From Camelus dromedarius (Eukaryota), in NCBI RefSeq assembly GCF_036321535.1, contig NC_087472.1, positions 100,938,001 to 101,002,000 of the forward strand: a stretch of DNA of 64,000 nt, read 5' to 3'. The notes beneath the pieces were generated by a model. The model made no database searches, was not told the DNA's origin, and worked only from the letters and a program-made list of their open reading frames with translations. The position numbers and the translations under genes were made by a program. Below are positions 1 to 13,865 of the stretch, one piece after another; positions within the stretch are counted from its first letter, which is position 1, and the number at the start of each line of letters is the position of its first letter.

Positions 1-83
1 ACCAGCTGTAAGTTATAGTTGGATTTTCAACTGCGCAGAGGGTTAAGCACCCCAACCCCTTCATTTTCCAAAGGTCTACTGTA
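1..83 (+). mobile_element. 3' terminus of a Tigger1-like DNA transposon (cut by window start)
   Basis: ggattttcaactgcgcagaggg...aacccct...aaaggtctactg followed by TA resembles the Tigger1 right end with a TA target site. Confidence 0.7.
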
Positions 84-217
84 TACTAAAACTGAAGAGG
101 TTTTGAAAACCAACTTGGAATATACTAAATATTCTAAGATTATGACTGAGAAGTACATGTAACTCTCCGGAATACTTTAGTTATTATCAGTGAATGTTCT
201 TAAAAGAAATTAGAAGA

Positions 218-1029
218 AGAGAACCCTTCTACACTGTTGGTGGGAATGCAGTTTGGTGCAGCCATTATGGAAAACAGTATGGAGATTCCTCAAAAGACTA
301 AAAGTAGACTTACCATATGACTCAGCAATCCCACTCCTGGGAATATATCCAGAGGGAACCCTAATACAAAAAGACACATGCACCCCAATGTTCATAGCAG
401 CACTATTTACAATAGCCAAGACATGGAAACAACCTAAATGTCCACTGACAGATGACTAGATAAAGAAGCTGTGATATATTTATACAATGGAATACTACTC
501 AGCCATAAAATATAAAATAACGCCATTTGCAGCAACATGGATGGCCCTGGAGAATGTCATTCTAAGTGAAGTAAGCCAGAAAGAGAAAGAAAAATACCAT
601 ATATCACTCATATGTGGAATCTAAAAAGAAAAAAAAAAGACAAATGAAATTATATATAAAACAAAAACAGACTCACAGACATAGAATACAGACTTGTGGT
701 TGCTGGGGGGAAGGGGAATGGGAACGGATAAACTAGGGGTTCGAGATTTGCAGATACTGACTGGTGTATATATAAAATAGATAAACAAGTTTATACTGTT
801 TATACTGTATAGCACAAGGAAATATATTCAATATCTTGTAGTAGCTTATGGTGAAAAAGAATATGAAAATGAATATATGTTCATTCATGTATGACTAAAG
901 AATTGTGCTGTACACCAGAAATTGACACATTATAAACTGACTATACCTCAATTTAAAAAAATAATAAAAAGAAAATAAACTTGAAAATAATTTTGTTAAG
1001 TCAAATAAAAGAAAAAAGTCTATTTAAAA
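218..1029 (+). mobile_element. 5'-truncated LINE-1 (ORF2 C-terminus, 3'UTR, A-rich tail)
   Basis: ORF 253-459 reads [32 protein letters not shown]...[22 protein letters not shown] (L1 ORF2 end); exact 16-bp TSD aaaagaaattagaaga at 202-217 and 1030-1045. Confidence 0.95.
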
Positions 1030-1158
1030 AAAAGAAATTAGAAGAGATTCCCCAACTCTAAAGGAAGAAAAAAGGAAAATTAAATGGGAAAAAAGAAATG
1101 AATCTCCACCCACTATGGACTGCAGAAAGAAGATAAATGAAAACTATTTTCAGCACTT

Positions 1159-1310
1159 GTCTTTTTTTAAAAGAAAATTTTTTTCAATCTTTTTGGGGGG
1201 GATTAGGTTTATTTATTTTTAATTATTATTTATTTATTTAATGGAGGTACTGGGGATTGAATGCAGTGCATGCCAAGCACAAGCTCTACCACTGAGCTAT
1301 ATCTTCCCCC
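1159..1310 (-). mobile_element. tRNA-derived SINE, Vic-1-like (camelid)
   Basis: Minus strand GGGGAAGATATAGCTCAGTGGTAGAG (A box)...TTCAATCCCCAGTACC (B-box-like) then (AAAT)n tail; near-TSD tattt(c/t)agcactt-type at 1145-1158 and 1313-1326. Confidence 0.85.
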
Positions 1311-2052
1311 ATTATTTTTAGCACTTTTTTTTTAAAAATCATGTCCTTACTCCCCTACCCTGTCAGATCATCCATTAAAAATAAAACTAACTAGCAAGCA
1401 TATGTTTTACACATGCACTGCAGAAGACAGAAGGCAGACCTGGAGCACAAAGGATCTAGTGGGATTCTGAGAACAGCAGACCACTTAATTTTGCTGGCTA
1501 AATGTGTCAGTGGAGCTGACAAATTTTTGAGGCTCTGTATTTCAAAGAGCCTAGAAGTCCTCAAACTAAAATCTCTTGCAAAAGGTCACCTCCTCTTATT
1601 TCCCCTTAACTAGAGTGGAGTATGAACATTTCAGAAAGTCAGCAGGCAGTCTTATGGCACACTTGGTTATTTTAAATTCCAAATCCACCAAAGACTATGT
1701 AGTTATTCACATTTAAATTTTGTACCCGCTTTCCTCTTCAAAATTTGAATATTTTCTGACCTGTAATTCATTTACTGGGATTACAAAACTTTAACACCAA
1801 AGAGAAAAATCAGTTAATAAGGTACAGAGAAATTATAATAAAATACATTAGGAGAAGGCCATGGTGTTAGTAAGAAAAAGAAAAGTTATCCAAAGTATAG
1901 CATTTCAAATTCTCAAGTGATAACAGCATATGAACATTTCCTCAGTAAATACCATAAGGAAATAGAAATCTTGAGGCTCAAAGTATTACAATGTCCTCAT
2001 TATCTACTGATGAGATAAATCCAAAAGAGCTGCCCAAAATGGGAAGTGAAAC

Positions 2053-2628
2053 GTATTGGACCATTCTATCATGAACTTGGTCCACCTGGGAACTGTTGTT
2101 TCACAGAATTCCCTTCCCTGTATAGTACACCAAGTCAGAGATGGCCAAACTCTTAGAAGGTCTTTATGGTTACAAACGGTGAGGACAAATACAGAGGCGC
2201 CTGGCAGCTTTCAGCTTGTCCTCACTCTCCTTTTATCCCCTGTGTTCAGCTCTTCGACCCCACCTGACCAACAGCAGCCTAAGGCCCATCAACAGATGCC
2301 TGGCTCTGGGCTTTGGACCCACGAAGGCAACAGCTACACGGAGCAACAGCCTCCCTCAGACCTCTCCACGATCATCCTCACTGCATTCTCACTTTGATGG
2401 CTGTACACATTTGGCTTCTTAAAATTTTCCTAGTAAGTTCTGACTCACACACCTGTACCAGTACTTCAGAAGGATCTACTAGTGACTATTTTTCTGACCC
2501 TTCTGCTTCCTGACTTCTACATTTCCAACAACTCCTACAGTTGTGTACAGTCTAGGTACTATAATAAATCCCTTATCCAATAACTCTCACAGTGGTTCTA
2601 TTTCCCATGTTGAATCTTGACTAATATA
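2053..2628 (+). mobile_element. Old ERVL-class solo LTR (subfamily uncertain)
   Basis: cagaattcccttccctgtat near the 5' end; aataaatcccttat...agtggttct...ttgactaatata at the 3' end, typical of ERVL LTR termini. Confidence 0.55.
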
Positions 2629-3265
2629 CTCAAAACTCAGCAATTAATTTGTCCAGCAGTACTGACAGAATGGACTGAATTACTGAAAGCCATTTTCCTG
2701 TTAATACTAAGCTGAATTTTTCCTGATAAACCAGGTTCACTTCATCCATTTACTTCTGTGAGAAATGTTTGCTGCTTTCTATCAAGTGATTCCAAAAAAG
2801 ACTGCTCCATTAGTTTTATGTTTAATTATTCTCCTACATATAGCACATAAAATATACATACTAAATAATCCAAATTATAGTTTATTCTAAGTTGTTTTAA
2901 TATGTATTAGTATTTCAGTTTTTTAAGTGTTATTTGAATCAATTTATCATTTGGGGACTTGCTAGAGAAGAGACAAATGGACTAAAAATCAGTAATTTTT
3001 AAGAAGTCTTCTGTGAAATGGACCCATGAATTCTAATCATAAAATTATAAAAATACAAAACTTATCAAGTAGTCATTAGAAACATTTTCCCTTCAAAAAG
3101 AAACAAATATATACTAAGCACTCATGGCCTGAACTAGACACTAGTAAGTCTGATTCAATCACACACTTTTTTTTTTTTAAAAAAAAAAGAAAAGTCATGT
3201 TTTCTAAAGATTCCCCAGGCTCTATCTGGAACTTAACCTTAACAGCCTAACATACCTTTTCTTCC

Positions 3266-4537
3266 CAGTTTTTTACTGAAGTATAGACAGTTTACAATGT
3301 TGTGTCAATTTCTGGTGTACAGCATAATGTTTCAGTCATACAAATACATACATATATTCCTTTCATATTCTTTTTCATTATATCTATATTCAAGATATTG
3401 AATATAGTTCCTTGTGCTATACAGCATAAACTGGTTTATCTAATTTATATATAGTAGTTAGTATCTGCAAATCTCAAACTCCCAATTTATTCCTTCCCAC
3501 TCCCTTTCCCCCGGTAACCATTGTTTTCTATGTCTGTGAGTTTGTTTCTGTTTCATAAATAAGTTCATGTCTTTTTTTTTTTTTTAACATTCCACATATA
3601 AGTGATTTAATATGGTATTTTTCTTTCTCTTTCTGGCTTACTTCACAATCTCCAGATCCATCCATGTTGCTTCAAATGGCATTGTTTTACTTTTTATGGC
3701 TGAGTAGTATTCCACTGTATAAATATACCACTGCTTCTTTATTCAGTCATCTGTTGATGAACATTTAGACTGCTTTCATGTCTTGGCTATTGTATATAGT
3801 GTTGCTATGGACATTGGGGTGCAGGTGTCTTTTTGAATTAGGGTTCCCTCTGGATATATGCCCAGGAGTGGGATTGCTAGATCATATGGTAAGTATATTT
3901 TAGTTTTTTGAGGAATCTCCATACTGTTTTCCATAATGGCTGCACCAAACTACATTCCCACCAACAGTGTAGGAGGGTTCCCTTTTCTCCACACCCTCTC
4001 CAGCATTTATCATTTGTGGACTTTTGAATGATGGCCATTCCGCCTGGTGTGAGGTAATACTTCATTGTAGTTTTGATCTACATTTCTCTGATAATTAGCG
4101 ATATTGAGCATTTTTTTCATGTGCCTATTGGCCATTTGTATGTCTTCATTGAAGAATTGCTTGTTTAGGTCTTCTGCCCATTTTTGGATTGGGTTGTTCA
4201 TATTTCTGTTATTAAGTTGTACAAGCTATTTATATATTCTAGAAATGAAGCCCTTCTCAGTTGCATCATTCGCAAATATTTTCTCCCATTCTGTAGGCTG
4301 TCTTTTTGTTTTGTTTATGGCTTCCTTTGTTGTGCAAAAGCTTTTAAGTTTAATTAGGTTCCACTTGCTTATTTTTGCTTTTATTTCTATTGTTTGGGTA
4401 GACTGCCTTAGGAGAACATTGCTAAGATTTGTCAGAAAATGTTTTGCCTATGTTTTCTTCTAGGAGGTTTATAGTATCTTGTCTTATGTTTAAGTGTTTA
4501 AGCCATTTTGAGTTTATTTTTGTGTATGGTGTGAGGC
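3266..4537 (-). mobile_element. 5'-truncated LINE-1
   Basis: Minus ORFs [15 protein letters not shown]...MANRHMKK and [54 protein letters not shown] are frameshifted L1 ORF2; 3'UTR similar to the 218-1029 element. Confidence 0.95.
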
Positions 4538-4741
4538 AATACAGCTTTTATAAATTATCAACTATTTCTTTCATGACTATGACATTTAGATAACCTATAG
4601 TTAGCCTACCATATTCAAGGGCATAAAGACAACTCATGATTGAAAAGACATATTGCTATGAGTAAGAACCAAAATTAAATACCAGCTTTAGAGACTGATC
4701 TCTAAAGTGCTCATTGTGACTAAGAAAAATTATCATATATG

Positions 4742-6037
<1,296 letters not shown>

Positions 6038-6299
6038 ATCATATATGAAAACCCAGCTTTTTAAGTAGCTAAAATATACATGGAATGGAGAAAGATTAGG
6101 AAATACTCATGCTAATAAGTGAACTCTTGTTTAACAAAAGTATTTGCCTCATAATTTATTGGAAGAGTCTTAAGGAGTGGTTAAAATTATTCTATCTATA
6201 AAAAAATAAAAAAAATTATTCTATCTAGAAAAACTCAGAGAAATAGACTACTGGACAAGATAGTATTATTCTATAAAAATACACAATTGTAAAAGCTAG

Positions 6300-6387
6300 T
6301 TTTTTTTTTTTTAAGGAGTTACTAGGAATTGAACCTAGGACCTTGTGCATGCTAAGCACACACTCTACCACTGAACTATACCCTCCC
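6300..6387 (-). mobile_element. tRNA-derived SINE, Vic-1-like
   Basis: Minus strand GGGAGGGTATAGTTCAGTGGTAGAG...GGTTCAATTCCTAG plus poly(A); aaagctag repeated at 6292-6299 and 6393-6400. Confidence 0.85.
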
Positions 6388-7924
6388 ACTGCAAAGCTAG
6401 CATCTGTGCTTACTTAAGGCCCATCATTGGACTTCTACCCACAAAACAGTAAAGAGTTTACGTTTCGGGTAGAAAGATTTCTTTAGCCCCCTGCATAAAT
6501 CTCCAACTCAAGAAAGGCACATACAACTAATAAAATGATTCAGTAAAACATCACTGGGGAAAAAAATAAGTAGCATTTTACTCTATGTGGCTTCCTACAG
6601 AATCCTAAAATATTTACTATGAAAATAAATTTTACTTACAATGTCAATACATTTTGAAAACATACAGCCTTCTAAATTAATTAAGGTCACAAATTTTTTT
6701 AACTTAAATCAGTCTCACATCCCATCCATTTGCTGTTTATAATTACAGCTTTTTTTTAAGCTAGAAAACTGCAAACTAAATTCAAATATATCACGCTCCA
6801 AAATTAGAACAAGATTTTCCCCTAAATTTGATCTTTTAAAAACTGTAATCTAGAGGAATAATAAAATTATTTAACCTGCTAGATTGGTTAAAGATACTAA
6901 TTTTTTAATGAACATATTTGCATCATCATCTGCAATAGTTTTTAAAAGTTGTCTGAAGTGTTAATGACAATTCACACACATATCACATTAATTGAACACC
7001 CATCACGTGTAAAGCACTGTGGAAGACAAAAGGGAGGGATGATTTCATTCCACAACACTAATTACAGTTGCAGCTTTTGTTTGCCCATTCCCTTAATTCC
7101 CAAAATAGTTAATACAGCCCTTGCTCATTATAACTGCCTTTTGCTGGTCCATCTCCACAGCTTCATATTGTTACCATTGAAACTCTACAATCAGGATGGC
7201 ACAGATCCCCCATGGAGACAACCCTGCAGAGGTTGTCTGTTTTAAACTGCAATCACTTTCCTGAGACACTCAGTATCTGTTGACTACCTTGCTGATGGCA
7301 ACCCACAGACTCCTCCAGCTCACAGAAGCATGCATGACATTGCCAGAGGACAAGCTGCAACAAGACTGATCCCTCAGCTGCAACCCCAAGGTAATAGTCG
7401 ACTTGGAATTTTCCTCTGTGAAGCACTAGCTGACACTTGCCCACACTGACACTCATATGCCACTTCTCTCCCCACACAGTTCTGAGAGCTCTTCCTGCTG
7501 TTCATCTCTACTGGCACCACATGGCACTACTGGGGCAAGACAATGCCCTCTGCAAAGTGGAGTGCTTCCTGGGCTACCTCCAGTGGGAGGCTTCTAAGAA
7601 TGATACTTAAGAAGACAGTACATCAGAGGCACCTTGTGGCTTCACTACTTTGAGGAATTCTTTAAACTACTGATAAGCTTTCATATATAAGTCCTTGGGA
7701 TACACAGTAAGAGTTCTCACCACCAAAACTAATTTTAAATATTTAAAATAAAGATTTTATAATATCTGTTTATACAGCCTTTAGGAACATTTATGATGTC
7801 TCAAAAGACACTATTATCTCTCTCTGGGCTTCATGACTGTTGAAGTACTCAGAGATTTGGGTTTAAATTCAAAGATAATTCAGAAATGAGAATGGAATAC
7901 TGTTTGAAATTTTCATTTAGGAAA

Positions 7925-9398
7925 AATTTCTGCTTCCAATATTGCTGACTGGGTAATTTAGGCCAACCCTTCTACTGCAAACAAGCAGAAAGCTGGACAA
8001 AAATATGACAACTGGGAATAAAGGGAAAAAACTATTATTCACAGACTGTACATACAGAAAATCCAAAATAAGCTACAAATAAACTACCAGAAAAAATGAC
8101 TTTATCAAAGCTGAGGGATACAAAAGTTTTTATCTAAACACCAACTGTCTTTCTATATACCAGCAATAAAGTTAGAAAATGAAATTTTAATACCATTTAC
8201 AATACTATCAAAAAACATCAAATTCCTAGAAATAAACAATAAGAAAAGTGGAAAACCTCTACATATAACACTACAGAAAACAGTATTTTAAAAAAAAATT
8301 TCCCCTTACCTCTTTTTTTCTTATCAATGTATAACTGATTCACAATATTGTGTTACTTTCAGGCATACAGCAAAGTGATTCAGTTATACACACATATTTT
8401 TTCCAATTCTTTTCTATTATTGGTTATCACAAGATATTACAAGATATAGCTCTCTGTGCTGTACAGTAAATCTTTGCTGTTTATTTTATATACAGGGATG
8501 TGTATCTGCTAATCCCATACTCCTAATTTATCCCTCTCTCCCTTTTCCCTTTAGTAACCATAAGTTTGCTTTCTATGTTTGTGAGTCTCTTTCTGTTTTG
8601 TAAACAAGTTCATCTGTATTATTTTTTAGATTCCACATATAAGTGATATCATATAAAATGTGTCTTTCTCCATCTGGCTTACTTCACTCAGTATGATACA
8701 ACTAGATCCATCCATGTTGCAGAAAACAGTATTTTTAAAAATTAAAGGGTATTTAATAAGTGAAGGGATATTCCATGTTTCTGAGATTTAACATTGTAAA
8801 GATGTTAATTCTAACCAAACTGAGCTAGAGACCCAATAGAATCCTAATCAACCCTAACAAGTTTTTTAATGGAAATTTACAGTCTGATTCAAAAATGCAT
8901 ACAGAAATGCAAATAGCCAATGAAGACAAGACACCTTGAAGAAAAACAAAAAGACTTTCTCCTATCAGGACTTGTTATAAAGCACAGTCATTAAGACAGT
9001 ATATTAGACAAAGAGATGAAAGGAAAGAACAGAAAGCACAGAAACAGATCATACATGAAATGGATGCTTGTATAACAAAGTTTCCACTGCAGACCAGTGA
9101 GGGAAGTTTGACCTTTGCATAAATGTGCTAAGTCATTTGGATATGCATAAGGGAAAATAAAATTATACTTGACTTCTAACTCATACCATACATAAACATT
9201 AATTTCAGGCAGATCATAGATCTCAATGTAAAAGTCAAAACAATAAAGCTCCTAAAAGGAAAAGAGTATCTCTTTGTGCATACAACAAGCACCAACCAAT
9301 AACAAAATGACAGATAAACTGGACACAGAGTAAAGTAGATATTACACATACATTTTTTTAAATGATCAATGCATAGTGATAACAAAAAGCAAACTGAC
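7925..9398 (+). mobile_element. Old, degraded LINE-1 (L1M-type) ORF2 region interrupted by a younger L1
   Basis: A-rich L1 ORF2-like motifs (acagaaaatccaaaa, ataccatttacaata, gttataaagcacagtcattaagacagt, catagatctcaatgtaaaag). Confidence 0.75.
8290..8719 (-). mobile_element. LINE-1 3'UTR fragment nested in the older L1
   Basis: L1 3'UTR in reverse; exact 16-bp TSD cagaaaacagtatttt at 8274-8289 and 8720-8735. Confidence 0.9.
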
Positions 9399-9644
9399 TT
9401 TTAGTCAATAATTATACTGATTTTAAATTCTCTATAGAAAATGTACTATTAATGTCTGAGCCTGGAGCAGAACACACCCACTTCTCCCAGCCCTTGACAG
9501 ACTACTAACTTTGGAGGGTTTGCAGTGTTTGTCTTCACCTGGGTCAAGTTACATAAGTATTGTCTTTGTGACAATTCACTGATGTCTTGTATACCTTAAG
9601 TGTTTATCATGCTTCACCATAAAACTTTTCAAAAGTCAATGAGC

Positions 9645-10761
9645 TGCAAATGGCAAGATTTTATTCTTTTTTATGCCTGAGTAGTATTCTACTATATACG
9701 TGTGTGATATATATATGATACATCTTCTTTATCCAATCATCTGTTGATGGACATTTAGGTTACTTCCATATCTTGGCTATTGCAAATAATGCTGCTATGA
9801 ACAGTGAGGTGCAAGTATCTTTTCAAATTTATGTTTTTATTTTCTTCAGATATATACACAGGAGTATATATTGGAGATATATATATATCTATATCTCCAG
9901 TGGAATCACTGGATCATATGCTTCTATTTTCATTTTTTTGAGGAAACTCCATACTGTTTTCCACAGTGGCTGCACCAATTTACATTAGCACCAACAGTGT
10001 ACTAGGGTTCCTTATTCTCCACATTCTCACCAACATTTGTTATCTGTGGTCTTTTTGATGATAGCCATTCTGACAGGTGTGAGGTGATACCTCATTGTGG
10101 TTTTGATTTACATCTCTCTGATGATTAGCGATGATCAGCATCTTTAATGTGCCTGTTGGCCATCTGTATGTCTTCATTGGAAAAATGTCTATTCAGGTCT
10201 TCTGCCCATTTTTTAATCAGATTGTTGGGTTTTTTTTTTTTACATTGAATTGTATAAACTGCTTATATATTTTGGATATTAACCCCTCATCAGTAATATC
10301 ACGTGTAAATATTTTCTGCAATTCAGTAGGCTGTCTTTTTACTTTGTGGATAAAAATTTTGCCATTTGCAACAACATGAATAAACCTGGAGAGTATTATG
10401 CTTAGTGGAAAAAGACAAAAGACAAATACATATCACATATGTGGAATCTAAAAAATTAACTAGTGAATACAACAAAACAGAAACAGATTCATAAATATAG
10501 AGAACAAACTAGTGGTTACCAGTAGGGAGAAGGAAGGGGAGGGGCAAGATGGGGTAGGGAATTAAGAGGTACAAACTACTATGTATAAAATAAATAAGCT
10601 ACAAGGATATACTTTACAGCACAGGGAATATAGTCAATATTTTATAACTATAAATGGAGTACTGTACTCCATTTGAATCAATACATTGTACACCTGAAAC
10701 TAATATAGTATTTTAAATCAATTAAACCTCAATTTTAAAAAGTTAAAAATTTTAGAAAGGA
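9645..10761 (+). mobile_element. LINE-1 with 5' inversion (9645-10348 inverted; 10349-10761 sense 3' end)
   Basis: The antisense ORF2 segment and the sense 3' segment are contiguous in L1 and both contain TTGCCATTTGCA at their breakpoints; degenerate TSD aaaagtcaatgag / aaaattcaatggg at 9631-9643 and 10762-10774. Confidence 0.85.
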
Positions 10762-10841
10762 AAAATTCAATGGGTGAGTCACCTCTTGATTTACAAAATA
10801 ATTTAAAAAGAGACAAAAGTTTAATATTCTGAATACGTTAG

Positions 10842-11770
10842 TGTGATATTGTGATATAGAATAAGAAATATGTATTTGGTCTTCCTTCAAGTTTCTGGAA
10901 TGGAGCTCCTAAAACCCTTGGAATTTCCTAAGGAATGGGAGCAACAAAGGTATCTCTTGTTATGGTAATGAGGTGACTTTTCAAAAGCCCCTAGGAAACC
11001 TAAGGATGGGGGTGGCTTGACAGTGGAGTCAACCACGTGATCAGAGGGTTGGCATTTTCAGTCCTACTACCATCCTACCTCTGGGGATGAGAGGCTGGAG
11101 AATGAGGTCAATCATCAATAGCCAGTGATCTAATCAATCATGCCTATATAATGAAGCCTCGATAAAAACCTAGAGGGAAAGGGTTCAGAGAGCTTCTGGA
11201 TTGGTGAACACGTGGAGATTTGGGGACTTTGTAGAGATTTGGGGAGAGTGGCACACTCAGAGAGGGCACGGAAGCTCCACGACCCTCCTTATCCCATACC
11301 ATGCCCTATACATCTCTTCAATTTGGCCAGCTCCTGAGCTATAGACTTTTATAATAAATTGGTAATCTAGTAAGTAAAATGCTGCTCTGAATTATGTGAG
11401 CCACTCTAGGAAATTAATTAAAAACAAGGAGGGGGTCACTGGAACCTCCAATCTATATCCAGGCGGTCAGAAGCCAAGGTGACCACCTGAACTTTAGACT
11501 GACATCTGAAGATGGGGGGACTTGTAGGACTGAGCCCTTAACTTGTGGGATCTGATGCTACGTCCCGGTAGATAGCGTCAAAACTGAGTTGAACTGTAGG
11601 ACACCCAGCTGATGACAGAGAATTGCTTGGTGGCACACACACACACATGAATTGGGTACAGAATCTTAGTTGATGATCAGAAGTGGAGTTGGTGCCAGAA
11701 TTGTAGTTAGCATCTGACAAATCAATGTCATGTGAAGCACTCAGAGAAAACAGAGAAAGAACAGATACAA
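10842..11770 (+). mobile_element. MER21-family solo LTR
   Basis: Starts tgtgatattgtgatat...gagctcctaaaacccttggaatttcct; internal ccacgtgatcagagggttgg and ttataataaattggtaa motifs typical of MER21; 3' boundary approximate. Confidence 0.8.
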
Positions 11771-12460
11771 ACAGGCCTTTCACAAAAGAAATACAAATAT
11801 TTAATAAATCTGTGAAAAGCTGTTCAATCTCACTAGTAATCAATTAAGTAAAAAAAGAGAAAGAGAAAGAGAAATCACTTTTAACCTATCCGGCTGGTAG
11901 TGATTAAAGCAACTGACAAATATCTAGTGCTCTTCCTTAGGTATGGGGAAAATGTGAATTCACATTCACAGTAGGTAGGAATATAAAAGTCTCTGGAGGA
12001 TAATCTGGCAACAGGTATCAACATTTTTTGTTTTGGGCTGGCAATTAGGTTTATTTATTTATTTTTTTAAAGGGAGGTACTGGGGATTGAACCTAGGACC
12101 TTGTGCATGCGGAGCACAGACTCTACCAATTCAGTTATACTCTCCCCAGACATTTTAAATGTATGCGCACCATTTGATTCAAAATTCCATCCTACTTCAA
12201 GGAGACTTAGGCTAAGGAAACCACTGACAAATGGACAAAGATGGATACTGCAGAGCTATTCATAGTAATAAACAATTAAAAAAAAAACAGCATAATACTA
12301 GTCAATGTAGGACTGATAAAATAAGTGAAGTCACATCATATAAATGGAAAATCATGCCACTATTAAAAGTACTTGACTATATTTACTAATACAGAAAAAT
12401 GGCCATAATATTTTATGTAAAAAAATCATAACATGGTATATTTTGTCAATGAAAAAAAAA
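11771..12460 (+). mobile_element. Old L1ME-type 3' region interrupted by a SINE
   Basis: ttcacaaaagaaatacaaat...gttcaatctcactagtaatc...tctggaggataatctggcaacaggtatcaa L1 ORF2-end motifs. Confidence 0.6.
12028..12147 (-). mobile_element. tRNA-derived SINE, Vic-1-like
   Basis: ggaggtactggggattgaacctaggaccttgtgcatg...ctctacca...tatactctcccc, same family as 1159 and 6300; acatttt on both flanks. Confidence 0.85.
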
Positions 12461-13677
12461 ACTTTTTCACAAAACTAAGAAACAAGCAAACCGTATTCTA
12501 CATCTTTACTTGTCACTCAAGAAATTCACTGGTTTAAAAAAAAAGAAAGAAATTCACTGGTAGTTAACTTCCTGTTTAAGAGGAGAATTTTGAACTTGGT
12601 ATTGGCCTATGTATAAGACAGCTTTATGTCCAATATTAACTGGTTCTTATAAGACACCAGAATAACCTTGTAATTCTAATAAATGCCACAATGCTTCATC
12701 TTTTTCATTTTTAATATAGTTGGAGTTCCTCTCCCCTAGACTAATGTTAGCATACCAGGCATCTGAAACTGTTTTGCCCCAGATTTTCTCTGTAACAACT
12801 GATACACACAGGATGTTTTCATGACCATGTGAAATGAATTGCACTCTTGACCAATTAGCTGCTTATATAAAAACCTTCTGTTTCCCAAATATAAAATCCA
12901 TTAATTTCCAAACACATGCTGACCTGCATACTCTTTCATGTGTAAAATACTGACAGGTGTTCAAGATCAATTTATCTAAGGAATTTTGTTTTTAGAATTA
13001 TATAATTCTATGTATACAACATTGAGTTTAAATAAACAGATACCCAAATATTTAAAAGGAAAAATACATTATTGCTTTTCACTGGAAAGTGGGATTTGAG
13101 GTGATTTTACTTTCTTCACCTTCCCTTGAGTGTCTGAATTTCTTACAAGCTTGCATCATTCTGGAGAAGCTATTCTTATTTTTAGAAAAAATGATCTTCC
13201 CCCCATCCCATTTCCCGTACTATGTGGCATCTCCACCTTCTGTCCGCGCTGTGTGAGGAGGCACCACCATGTTCTCCCAACAGCAAGTGCAAAGCCTTAG
13301 CTTATTCTAAGGCAGTTGCCTTTGTCTGGACACTGACCGAGCTGGCTGTCAAAGCTTAGCCACCCCAGCCATACCGCTCCTTGGTAGGTGTTTCTTTTCA
13401 ATTCCCAAGGCTACTCCTCCCCTAATTTGCCTCACCACTCCCAGTGATCTTTTAGTTTTAATTCACCCTATAAAAAGTCTTGTCAGCTTGCTCTTTCTAA
13501 AGTAAGCCCCCAGAATGTCCCTTCTGTAACTGAAATGGTTCCCCAGTCCCTACATACTCCCACTCTAGTGTTGCAGGTCCCTGTTGTAATCTTGCCCTTT
13601 TTTCATCATTGCTTTTCTTAAACCTTACTCTTCAACCAAAGGGAAACTGATTATTCTCTGACCAAGCAAGTGTCGAC

Positions 13678-13865
13678 CAGTGGCTCTTAAACATCAGCAC
13701 ATCACAACCACCTAGAGAACTTGTTAAAATCCAGATTTTGGGGGTCAACTCACAGAGTTTCTGGTTCAGTAGGTCTGGAATGCGGCCCAATGATTTGCAT
13801 TTCTAACAGGTTTCCAGGTGATGCTGATGCTGCTGGTCTGGGGAACCACACTCTGAAAACCACTT
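13678..13865 (+). mobile_element. MER5A (hAT-Charlie MITE)
   Basis: cagtggctcttaaac...cagagtttctggttcagtaggtctgg...tttgcatttctaacagg...ccacactctgaaaaccact, with imperfect terminal inverted repeats. Confidence 0.9.
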
